64,000 nt of DNA from Podarcis melisellensis (taxonomy: Eukaryota), in NCBI GenBank assembly GCA_964234715.1, contig OZ174276.1. One strand, given 5' to 3'. A program made the translations under genes and the position numbers. The notes below the pieces were generated by a model. The model made no database searches, was not told the origin of the DNA, and saw only the letters and a list, made by a program, of their open reading frames with translations. Below are positions 35,276 to 47,100 of the stretch, in pieces (position 1 is the first letter of the stretch; each line of letters begins with the position of its first letter).

Positions 35276-36527
35276 CAAAGCTCTTAGGAAGCACCAGCAT
35301 TCCAGGGTTTCTCTCTTACCTTTCCAAATGAACAAGATTAATGGTTATCAGAATGAGGGTGAAAGCAGTATTTGACACACACACACCCCCCCCGTGCTCC
35401 ACAGCTTTGCCCGCCTGTAAACTTAACTTGGATTTTGGGTGGGGCGGAGAGTTCGCAGGAACAGTCCCAGAGTTTGAGCACTAAATTAACGATGCTGTTT
35501 TTAATGGAGATGCTCCTTTTTTATGGAAATGGTATTCCAAACTGGAGCTCGCTTTTATCTGCACAAAAGTAAAACGGAAATTTCCTTGTCCTTTCAGTGA
35601 ATGCAGGTTTCTCCAAAGACACACACTTGTTACAGGGAGGAAACATGGACTTGCTCTGTTGCAGTTCAGGCTGTGAGAGATGTGATGGTGAGAATTGTGA
35701 ATATGAGGTTCTAGTGAAAGTTGTGAACATGAGGATTTGTTTGAGGTCAGACACAAGCAAGTTGGGAGGGTAGACACAGAGCACTTTGTTCTGTGGGGAA
35801 AGCTGTTGATTCTGTATGTGACTCTAGAGTTAATGTATGTTTGACTCCTTAGGTGACAAGTCTTTAGTTTCTGTAGACGTTGGATCCTGTTGTGCATGTT
35901 CACATTCCCTAACTGTGTGATGGAGGGCCTCAGTCCCACCTGCATTGAAGGGGAAATCATGGACTCTTTGACCCATATACATTTCCCCTTTCCATAACTT
36001 CCCAATGCCACCTGGTTATCCCCATCTGTTTCATGTGGGACCCTGTAGGGAATTCAGCTCTGCCACGTTATGGCAATGAGATTTTGGCAAAGGAATATGG
36101 ATTTTTCCTGTCTTTAGCCTTGGGCTGAAGAATGGGTAATGATGTCCCATAGATAACCTCTGCCTGAAATCAGGGATGACATGTCCTTCTGGACAAGCAA
36201 GTCCTTTCCAAGGGTACCTGAAGAGTTTGGACTTCTTGCGGGTGGAGGGCCTCTATGTTTCTCCTTTTTAGCAAGAACTTGGTGCAGTTCCCAAACCAGC
36301 AACAGTAGGTCCTACTGGAATTTCTGCTTTCCTGTTATTTCTCACTGTTGCTGTCCTCGTCTCTCTTCATAGAACCTCAACTTTTTAAACTCTAGTTTTG
36401 TGTAGAAATAACAAGCATTCATTTTTATTTGGATCCCAGGCTGAGCAGAGTCTGGAGGCAAATTACCTTTTAACTTTTTCAATGGGCATATTCTGGTTAT
36501 TACTGTACCTAGGAATATGTATATTAG

Positions 36528-36533
36528 ATTAAA
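36528..36533 (+). terminator. Probable WIZ polyadenylation signal ATTAAA (3'UTR about 1.27 kb)
   Basis: First hexamer I found after the stop codon, followed by a GT/T-rich tract (gagtgtgtgcttttctggttgt). AATAAA at 39375 and 39520 are distal alternatives. Confidence 0.5.
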
Positions 36534-38089
36534 CCTGTTCTGGAAACAAAAGGAGAATCCTGAGTGTGTGCTTTTCTGGTTGTATACTTACGTGGAAGGT
36601 GGAGAATGTGTTGTGGTTTCTGTAGAGAGGTGTCCCAAGAGCTGCCAGTGGATGTGGAAGCTGTTTCCTGGAGAAACCTTAGGCTGTATCACTCCAGGAT
36701 AAACTGAAACTAGCAGACTCACTGTCTTGGTAAGGTGTACTTTAAAAGTGTATTGGTGTATAAGCTTTTTTTAAAAATTGCTTTAATTTTCCCTGTGTTT
36801 AATGTATTTCCCACATCTCACCTCATCTCTGGCAATACAGTCTGAGCCCCAACACATACAGGACTTATGTAGAACAGATACTGAAATCCTTGTATCAAAG
36901 TGTGTCATCACTGTTGCGGGTGCCTATTCTGCCATGTACAACTTCTTCCTCTGTTTCTGATTTTTAAAACAATCTCTTTTTATTCTTCGGTCTCCCATAG
37001 GAGGCTGAGCAGCAGTCATGTTATGAAACCAAAGTCACAACTCTAAGGTTTTTTTATTCAGCGCCTATAATACAGAAGAATGTCTCAGCACAAGACAGTG
37101 TAACAGCATCACCATATGTCGCAATGGGTTCCTCTTAGACCAAAGCAGGGGTTTAAACCTTTATTTCAGTCCAGGCATTCCGTATAAAGGTATGTGGAAA
37201 TCTTGCAGCACAGAATGATGCTTTGGTGAGCAATTTCCTCACCATATATAACTGGGCCAGTTTCCAGAGCAGGGACTAATATGACAATATAGTTCCAAAC
37301 ATTACATAACTCCCTGTGCTAAGAGCTGCCTTCCCAAAACACTGTGTAGAGGGTGTTATTATACCTGTCACTACTTTAAATTAAAGGGTAGCAATAGCAC
37401 CATAGCTTTCCAGCCAGCTTCATTCTGACTGTCCTGAAAAATGGAAGAAGTGGGTAGCACAGTGTATCTTGCATGCAACCATCCCTATTGCTTTCTTTTA
37501 ATCAAAGGCCATGAAGGATGCATGCATAGTTGATTCTGCCTTGTTTCCATTGCCTCTCCCATCCGAGATGTGTTCTTCCTTAGCATCATATCTGATTGAA
37601 AAGTATTCCATGAGAGTGGTAGCAGGGAAATGCTGCTTGGCAGCTACCATGTGCCAAATACTATCCATGTTCCCCCTGTCTATTAACTACCAGGGAAGCA
37701 TTACACCTCTGCTTTTCATTGTACAGTGGCTTTCACTTCTAAGTGCATTAAAGGCAACTGAAAGCCTCTAGCTTAAATAATTGGCTGCTTGGTTCAAATC
37801 AATATGTATAATCCAGCTCTCCCTTAACCCCTTAGGATTGTCAAGACAGAGTGCTGCAGTGACCATAGTCACCCCAACAGACAGATTTGCCTCTGAGGCA
37901 GTCTAGTGACAGCGTCCATTAGGCATCTTGTCTCCTGACCAGGCTCTGCGTAGTACACCTGTCTCCTCTACCTGATCTGATCTCTACCTTCACCTCCTGA
38001 TCTGAGATACCGTCCCTCCTGCATACAACTCCTGATCCTAAACATTGTGAAATTTATTCAGAGTTCCCTCTATGATTGGACCCTTTGTG

Positions 38090-38603
38090 CAGTGGCGTAG
38101 CGTGGGGGGTGCCAGGGGTGCCGGCCGCACCGGGCGCAACATCCGGGGGGGGGGGGGGCGCGAGTCCAGAGGGAAGGGACAAGTTCCTTCCTCCGCCGGG
38201 CTCCCCGCCGCCACCGCCAGCCTTGCGCCCTAGCGCGCGCGCCCCCCGCCGCTGCCGCGCTCCACTCACTGCTCGCAGGAGGAGCAGCCGCTGCAGCAGC
38301 GCAGACGCCGCGCTACAGCCCAAGGAGAGGAGGGGGCGGGGAGGCGCCCGAGGTGAGGGGGCTTCGGCTGCCTCGGCTCGCGGGGGCTCCGCAAATAATA
38401 AATTCCTGCTGAGCCTTAAGGGGGGGGTCCTTGGCTCCTTGGCTCGCCCCCAGCCCCAGTGGCGTAGCGTGGAGGGGGGGTGCAGGAGGGCCGGCCGCAA
38501 CATCTGGGGGGGCGCGCTCGCACTCGAGTGCTAAAATCCACGGGTTAGGGGGCGCAAACTACTTGCCTTGCCCCGGGTGCTGACAACCCACGCTATGCCA
38601 CTG
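38090..38603. mobile_element. Non-autonomous hAT-type DNA transposon, GC-rich
   Basis: TIRs CAGTGGCGTAGCGTGG / CCACGCTATGCCACTG and a perfect 8-bp TSD CCTTTGTG (38082-38089, 38604-38611). Confidence 0.88.
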
Positions 38604-39879
38604 CCTTTGTGTGTTAAATTCATGTCTCATCTCAAGTCACTTAGCCTTCCTTCAAGTTCTTCATTGTCATTCGCTTCCCAACTGTGAGCCTTACCTTCAG
38701 CATTGTAGCCTCAGGCCTCCCTATTCCTCAGATTCCTTGTATCTTGGGACTTCTGCTACCACCTGTCCCGAAGAGAGGTTCTGCTTTCCTCCAAACTGAC
38801 AACATTCCCCTTCCTTACAGAAGTAGCAATGCAAGCTGTTTGGTTCCTTGAACAACTGGAATTGTATGCCGCCACATTAACCCAGCCAATTAATGCCAGA
38901 GGTTTCACTGCCTAAAGCACAATATAATCAGTTTGGTTAAGCAGTTGCAGTTTTTTTAATCTACTGATAGGTTCCCCAGTAAATTGGTTAGCAGACTGTG
39001 AGGGGAAAAGTGATACTTTTAATAATTAGCTTAGAACTGCAGGCAGCAAGCACCATTTTATAAGAAGCATTCTCCCTTATGACCAGAAAGAATGCTTCTT
39101 TTAAGATGCTTGATATCATGTATGTGTGCATCATCTTTAAAACAAAGCATGCTTTTTGCTTCGGGGATATTTTTTTTACAAATATGCAAATTTTCATTAA
39201 TTGGTTTAATCAAGTAAAACTTGTATAGCCAATTAGTTTACATTTATTTAATTGGGTTGCATTTGCAACTTTGGAATCTTTCAAATTGATTCCTCCCTTT
39301 TGCCAGTACTCTTGATATTCTTTTTTTTTGGAGTTGAGCCAACTATGTGTTCCTTTGAAAGGGCCTGCCTCACTAATAAAGTTTGATGTTCCAGTAGACA
39401 AAGATCTTATTCCTGTTAGAGGGTGGGTTTTTTTGATAATTATTATACAAGCTGCCCTTTATTATGTTTGTTCCAAGAGGCATTGCATTCAACCTTTTAT
39501 CAAATTATCTGTAGATGGGAATAAAACTCTTGAATGCCTTATCTTAAAGGGGCAAAGCCCATGAATTATGCAGATTTAAATAGTTGAGAAGGGAGATCAC
39601 AGGGAAATATGTAATTTTCTGTGAGATAGTTCAGGACCACATTTTTTTCTGAAAAGGCTTAGTCTGCGCTACTTACAGGTGTGGGGGCAGAGAAGTTAAA
39701 GCATTATGTTTGTTTAGCCAGGGAACATTATGCTCATTCTGTCCCTGCAATCAGATATTGATATAGCCTGTTTCAGACCATTTCCAATGGGTCTTTAATA
39801 ACAATTTCACCCTCAATTGCACCGTAAAATGTTGGACAAGATGTTTCCATTTTCTCCAGTCTTCAAACAAAGGAACAGA

Positions 39880-39983
39880 CATAGGAAACTGACTTAGACT
39901 GAGACTATCTAGCTCAGTAGTGTTGTCTGCCAGGAGAAACTTGGAACCTTTTGCAGACAAAGCAGATGCTCTACCACAAGCTA
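39880..39983 (-). mobile_element. Degenerate, internally deleted copy of the 9282 SINE family
   Basis: The reverse complement matches both head (agcttgtggtagagcatctgctttg) and tail (agtttcctatg). Confidence 0.5.
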
Positions 39984-42599
39984 ACATTGTGATACGAATG
40001 TTGCATTTTTTCTCATCTTGTTAAATGAAGTAAAAACAAGGGTGTTAACTGATGTAGAGTAGCGGTTCATGCTGCATTGTGGCACGGTAGGAGACAATGT
40101 TAATATCACACTCCAGCAACTTACATAATTAGCTATACTTGGAAATCAAACTCCTTAATGAATCTGTGACAAGGTTTTTTGCTAAGTCTTGTACTTTTTC
40201 AGAAATCTGAGAATATCCCTTCCCAGTTGTCCTGATGGAGATAAAGATCTTCAGTGAGCCCTTAGCTTGAGCCCTCTTCAACACTAAAAGACCCACATAC
40301 TCAAGAGGCTCTGCTCTTCTTTGGGTGCAGGAAATTTCATCAAGGATGCCACACTCCTGGAACAGTAGAGTACTTCACCTGGGAGAAAAATTCCTTGTAG
40401 GCTGAAGCTAGAGGCTCGTAGACACAATACTGCACAAATTTCTGCTATCATCTACATTAATGGAATAAAAGAACATAAACCAAGGGACAAGGAATGAATT
40501 GCTTGGTCTACTCCACTGGAGTCAGGCCATTATGGCATTTGCAGCAGCTCTGAGACCCTGCAGGAGAAAGATGAAACAAAAACATGTTTGTACTAATGGA
40601 GCCATGAGGCAGGAGATCTTGCAACAGCTTAAACATAGGCCAATTTGTTTTTAAACCTTTAGGTTAGGAATTACTATTTTCTTCAGCACACCAAGGACAA
40701 TATAAGGGTTGAGTGAATGAAATAGTTTCAAACAATTTAAGGCAATGCATGAATTTGTTAGTTCACTGTTGATACTTGGCTGTACAGAAGAGGATGAAGT
40801 TGGATTTTGTAGAAAAGAGTTGAAATTGGCACAGCCTACTAAAATACAAGGTAAAGGTGCTAGCATGTATGATTGGCACCACTACTGGAACGCAATTCTA
40901 ATCTAGTAATGTAAAACAATTACCAGAGTCTACGCTGAAAGGATTAAAGTCAGGAAATCTGCCCCATAGAGAAAGCCACCAGTAGACTGATAATGTAAGT
41001 AAAGCGGGATTTTGTTTAGAAACAAAATACCAGTATCTGAGAAATTGCTTCATACTATGTCTCAAGCCTAGAGCATACTCAGAAGTTTAGGATCATAAGC
41101 AGGGCATCCAACAGCTCAAATCATGCCATGCCAACTAATGGATTCTTGGAAAGTCATGATCTAGATGTGTTACTTACCCAGGGCTGCTTAATAGTGCCTA
41201 CAAAAGTGCCTTTGCTATCAGTATTAGCATCATGTGGTAGATGTTTTACTCTTGCCCTCAGCATTATTCTGTATGTGCAAGCTGGTGCGAATGAGACACT
41301 GGTAAAATCTATTCAATTTGTCCCTTTTTAATAACAAGTGACTGTAAGAATAACTATTTTTGCCTATGGCAACATTCATAAATCAAATTGTGCCATCAAG
41401 CAGTTATCCACTTTGTAGTTTAATCTTTTGTCAGTTCCTCTATTCTGACCTTCTGGTGTCCAATTTTTCAGTTTATGAAGGAAACCTAGTAACTATATTT
41501 TGAATGTCTAATCCAAGAAGCTGAGATGGTTCCAGTACTAGCTATGAAGCACCAAGCATTTTCAAATATGGTGGCAAAAAGGAACCCTCTCTGGTGTAGC
41601 TAAGTCCATAGCATTTTAGCTTTAGATGTTTATTAGCAATTGGAAATCCAGCTGTTATGCAAATATTACTTTTAATTATCAAATATTTATGGGTTAAAAT
41701 CATAGAGTTAGAGGAGACCATCTCTGTTCTTCATATTTCTCTGAAAATTAAAAGGCAGACACTTTGCCAAGGGCTTATGTTCAAGATAAAGTACAGTACT
41801 GATTGACTAAGTGTTGGTTCTAATTCAGAATAATCAGACATGGTGTAATATATATAGCTATACATTATCAAAGGTGATAAGTGTTCAAAACACTTGGTTT
41901 CAATAATGTAATCTTGCAAGATAGGCTGATATTCATATATTACAACTGTAGCTCTGAGGTGAAGCAAGAGCCAAGGAGTGAATTCATGGCTGAGGTTAGA
42001 AACAACTGTGATATTGCAGCTTGCCGCTCACCGCTTCAGGCAACTCACTTTCCATTTGAATCTTGTTCAAACCAGAATCTCTCTTCAAATGCTTTCTCTT
42101 CTAGAAAAGAATACTGCATTGCAGCAACCATAACTTAAAAGTATAATGGGATGGTGGCAAGAGGACTTTTACCTAACCTCTGATACCATCCTTCATGGAA
42201 GAAAGTGGCCAAGCATTGTCTCTATTCAAGGTGTTTGGTATTCTGAACCTCATCAGTGAAGAAGCACCAGCTTCCACGCTGGGGGGCATTGGTTTGCATA
42301 GCTCTGTTTTTACCACCTTTTCAGCAACTTTAGCCCTGTCTTCACATCCCGTTAGTGTATGTCAGTTAGGTCCAGTTTGATACGATGCAAGTGGTTGCAC
42401 TGGCTCCACCAGTTGCATTGGCAGGCTGTCAAATCATTATTATTTTGTGTGTGGGTGAGAGGGAAATCTGACCTGGTCTTTCTTTCTTTCTTTCTATTAG
42501 AAGAAACCGTTTATGTGCTCGATCGCACACTGATGTTTTTCACTGAGAGGAGCACAGTTGCTACATCAAACTTTACATTTGGGGAAGCAGGCTACACCA

Positions 42600-44150
42600 T
42601 GGTGTCGTGCCGCTCTTTGCTCTGTCCCCCTCATAAGGGACACGCCGCCATAGCAGTTCAGGCAACTGACACTCGAGCGGTCCTGCCCCCTCGGTATTTA
42701 AATTCCGATGCCGCAGCTTGAAGACGTGGGGAGGGGAGACTTATCCATAACAAGGCGCTGTAAAATGGTAGTCGCTGTGCCTCCTGAGCTTCCGTAGCCC
42801 GTCATATTGGGAAGAAGTTGAATTCCTTCCAGTTTATCTCGTTGATTATTCCCCCGTCCCCAGTGAGAGAAAGACGAACTAAGCTTCTCTCTTTCTGACC
42901 AATAGGAGCAGCTGGTTGGTCCCGCCTCCTGAAAGGTGCGCAACAAGAGAAAGCGGACGCGCTGCCTACTTGGGGACAATGAGTACAAATTAATGCCCGC
43001 CGTTGCGCCGCTCCTCATGAGTGATAACCGCTTAGACCCAATGACCTCTTGGAAATCTCTAGCTGGTGCTGTTATTCGCTGACGGAACATGATTGGCATC
43101 CGCAATTGCCTTATAGGTTAACCGAAGTGGTTCTGATCGATGCCTCCCGCCTCTAATGAAATACGAGGGCTCTAGGCCTCTGCTCCCAATAGCGTGTGGG
43201 GGGGGGGCGGGACTAAACGCCGTAACCGCCAATGGCTGACCAGCTAGGTGAGCGAGCGCGGCCAACAGTGTCGGGAGGCGGGGCTAGCAAGCTGCCGTTG
43301 CCGTCTGGCGCAGGAGGTAACGGGTGTGAGGAGTGTGGTTTTGTAGTGGAGCCGCCACCGCCATCATGAGCTATTCAGGTGAGCGTCGGGGGCCGGGTGA
43401 GGGGGGGAGAGAGGGCGGCCGCCTGTCGGGCGTGATGGTGGGGGGCCGGGTTCCTCCCACCCACCGCGAGTGGGCCAAAGGGAGCGCAGGGCCCGGCCCT
43501 GTGTCAACATCTCGGGGGGTGGGGTCAGCAGCGCTGCCTTTCCCTTCTCTCCTGGCAACGCTGTGCTGACCCCCGTTCCCCGCGGGGGTGGGCTGCTGAG
43601 GTGTTTGCCAGGCGTCGTTTTCCCGTTGCTCCCGCCAAATAAAGAAATGGCGCGTGGGGGGCGGGGAGGTTCTTGGACGGTTTCAGGCTGTGCGCGCAGG
43701 GTGCGCCGCCCTCCTCAGCCGCCCGCCCCTCCTTGTGCGAATGGGATCGGGGAAAGGTGAATGTCAGCATTGCTCCTCTGCGCCCGCCGCCTCAGAATCG
43801 GGGTGGGAGGGAAGGAAGGAGGGATGAATCTTTGCGTCTCTGCCGTCTTTGCACACGCGCACCCCACTGCTTGGTATCTGCGAGCGGTTATAATAGGAGT
43901 GGGTGTGGGAAGGTGGCGCAGGAAGAAAAAAAAAGGGGGGAACCTCCCCCCGTGTCCGATCGGTTATGGCTTCCCTTGGAATAACTGCCATTGTTTCCCC
44001 CTTGCTGAACCACCAACTAACACTCTTTGGGATTTAGAAAGGCTGTTTGCCAAAGAGGAGTTGCTTTCTAAATAAAATAAAATAAAAACGCGAACGTGGC
44101 ATGTCCCCTTGAATCCTAGCTCCCCGCTGTTCGTTTAGGTTTATGCATGC
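42600..44150 (+). promoter_or_regulatory. CpG-island promoter of AKAP8L with five CCAAT boxes (42899, 43038, ATTGG 43092, 43186, 43229) and GC boxes (43204-43213, 43274-43284)
   Basis: CpG-rich, no obvious TATA box. NF-Y and Sp1-type motifs lie directly upstream of gccatcATG at 43366. Confidence 0.85.
43366..43378 (+). CDS. AKAP8L: AKAP8L exon 1 coding part (MSYS-G)
   Basis: Kozak-like gccgccaccgccatcATG, donor CAG|GTGAGC. Confidence 0.9.
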
Positions 44151-47100
44151 GCGATGTTATACGGCTATCAGAACTTGCGGTGTCAACATTTGCCTTTCTA
44201 GCCCTTTGGTTATGTAAGTGTGGAACCAAATCTATTTCATAAAATATGAGGTAGTCTCTTCATTATCAGTATGGTTGCCCAGCTACAGATGGAATTATAT
44301 GCAATTAAAATAGTCTGGCACCTGTGCCCCAAGTGCATGTTAGTACATACTGAAGACAAACCTGACTGATTTTTGTCTGAAAACCTAAAAAAGCAAACCC
44401 AAACAGTTTGCTGGCTGCTTTGGACAGCTTTGGTGCACTTAGAAGTGATATAAATTCTTCCATGGATCACTTCCTAATTCCCATATGTGACAGATGCAGG
44501 TGGTATTCATTCCCTCAGCATGTACCATGGTCAATATTTTTCTCAGTCATTAATATTTTTTATCAAAGGTAAAGGTAAAAATAGAGTATGGAGTTCTCTC
44601 TTAAAGGTAGTTCTTAACCCTTACCACCCCCATAAGATAGTAGCTTCTCCCAGTTCTCACCTGAGATCTTTCCTTTCTCCTCCCAGCCTCTCACTCTGGG
44701 AGACCAACATTTCCCTGATCAATGTTTTTCTAACTAACCTCAATTAGTCATATTTTTTGCTTCAAATGTTTGAGTAGGGACTTGATACTGGCATGTGAAA
44801 AGCATGGGTTCTGTCCAGCTGCATGTCTGGAGTTCTACTTGCACATGGGACTTCCTCTCCCTCCACATCTTCAATATCTACTCTAGAGCATCCTCTGAAG
44901 GAGGTTCTGAGGGTGGGGGGATTGCAGGGGGGAGGAGGGGGAAGTTCTGGTGTGCAAGCAGAAGTCTACTGTGCTAGTGAAATAGCAGTACTGGAAATAC
45001 TGTAATACTATATTTCTGTGAAGTTTTGACACATTATCTTTGTTATGAAATAAAGATACTTTAGATTTTAATGATATGCCTAATTTGATGATTATCTGAG
45101 GAGTTAATCACTCCTGTTTTGATTTCAAATGGGTTATGATATTTAAATGGAAAATGTTATTAGTGAGCAAGGTGCCGGGCTTACTTTGCACCAGGAATTG
45201 AACACTAGGAATACAAATGGGTGAAAGCATATGTAGTGTGCTTCTCACTGTGAACAGAGTGCTCCTGAGTAAAAGCAGTCATCCCCTTACTTGAACAAAT
45301 TAAGACTGTGGGCAAAAATGCTGAGCCACAATCACATACATACATACATCAAGTAAAGTCCATTGAACTCAATAGGTTTCTGAGATGTGCACTGTTAGTG
45401 GCCGTTTGTAGTGGCTATACAAGTTACTTGTACTGATTCTGATGTACTATAGGAGTTGTATTCTGTGTCCGCTAAATGGCTACAAAAGTTCTTGTGCCTC
45501 ACAATATTGCTGTGTCTTCTGGACAAGCACAGGTCCCTTAAGGTCTAATTCATCTTTCAGTAAATATATTTTTGATTAATTATACAAATCTAGTTGTTCA
45601 GAATTGGTGTATTTTTCATCTTTGGTAAAAGGACTGTGTGCTAGGTTTCAGAGGACTACTGTTCTGGTACTAGTTCAACCTCTTTATAGGAGATTGTAGC
45701 AGTGATACATGCTTTACAGCTAGCCGTTGTAGCTCTTTGCTCCTTGTGGACTTTGATTCCTTTTAGAAAGGTAGTGTTGGAGTTAAAAGGCCTTAAGAAG
45801 CAGAGTTCTGAATTAGTACCTAAATAGTAGTTATTGCTGCTTCAAGGTCAGTGCATTTTCATTTATAGTCTTGGTTTATGGAGAAGGGGGTGTCTGTTTA
45901 TGTGCTCCTTCGCACCTTCTGTGGGAATTCCCTATTATCCCCTTTTACCACGGTTCACTGTTATGTGATTGTTAGTGATTCTGCTAATGGATGTTCCAAG
46001 GAACTGTTAGGCGCTCCCTTAGTAACAGTTACAAAAAATAAATGAGGGTAGAGAAGGGATGATGTGTGAGATGGGAGAGACAAGGAGCATGTGATCCTGT
46101 GGCCTACTCCTGATCTCTAAACTATAGTTGTATGTTACATATATACTGGCCTACAAATGATGACTCACTCACTAATATTCCAAGCTAATGTAAATTAGCA
46201 ATAATCCTTTTCTTATTTACTTCTGGTCAGAGTGCTTTGAAATGGAGATTTCACTTGATGCAGTTGAACTTGTAATCCTTATGCTATTGATTTAAACAGG
46301 ATTGATTCATGACATTATCATTGAGCCTATTTTTGTCTGTGTAGTAGTCCCCACCATTCGGGCAGGTGAAGCAGGTCTGAAGGGGATATTGATATATATT
46401 TTCAGTAATGCCCTTATGAATGCTAAGTAATTCTGTCTGAGCCTTACTTTTATCAGACTACAATAAAGTAACTAAAAACAATTATCCTAGTGTTGTGCCA
46501 GTTTGAGAATTTTCATGCACATGAGTATATGTGTAAGAGATTCATGACAGAAATGAAAGAGAAACTTTTAGATAAAGTTGGAATACTGAGGGCAATGTTG
46601 ACAGGAGGCTGAGGGATGAAAAATGTGCGTTTTAAATGGCTTAAACAACCTTTTATTAATTGATAGTTTTTTAATTTAATAAGCTATAAATTAAAAAATG
46701 AGATGCCATAGGTTACTAGTGGGATACATTCACAAGATGTTGCAGGCTGATAGGTCTCAATAGCTTTGTAATGTTTTTGCTCTGTATTGCTAAGTTATAC
46801 AAACTTTGTTTGGATGCTTCTTGAACCTTCAGAAGTGCTGGATTCTTAGGATTCTGCTATCAACATACCATACCACCCTTTCTTACCCCCCTCAATGCTG
46901 TCTATAAACATAGCCTGGGATTTCCTTTGAGCGGCAGTGCTTGCCATAGTTGTTCAAGTCTGTGTAACTCAAGGTTAGCCTATCATTATTAGCAACAAGA
47001 GTACACACCAGATGATAGGGTTCTACAAAATAATATTGTAGACTGCAGGTTAGACCATGGGCAGTGCAGATAGCACATTCCATCTGTCCACAGATCAAAA

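Noticed and set aside
26339-35335. Antisense ORFs overlapping WIZ exons
   Set aside because: Expected shadows of GC-rich coding sequence, with no independent splice or start signals.
38054-38534. Overlapping 149- and 152-aa ORFs on both strands
   Set aside because: Stop-poor GC-rich transposon interior with no recognisable domain.
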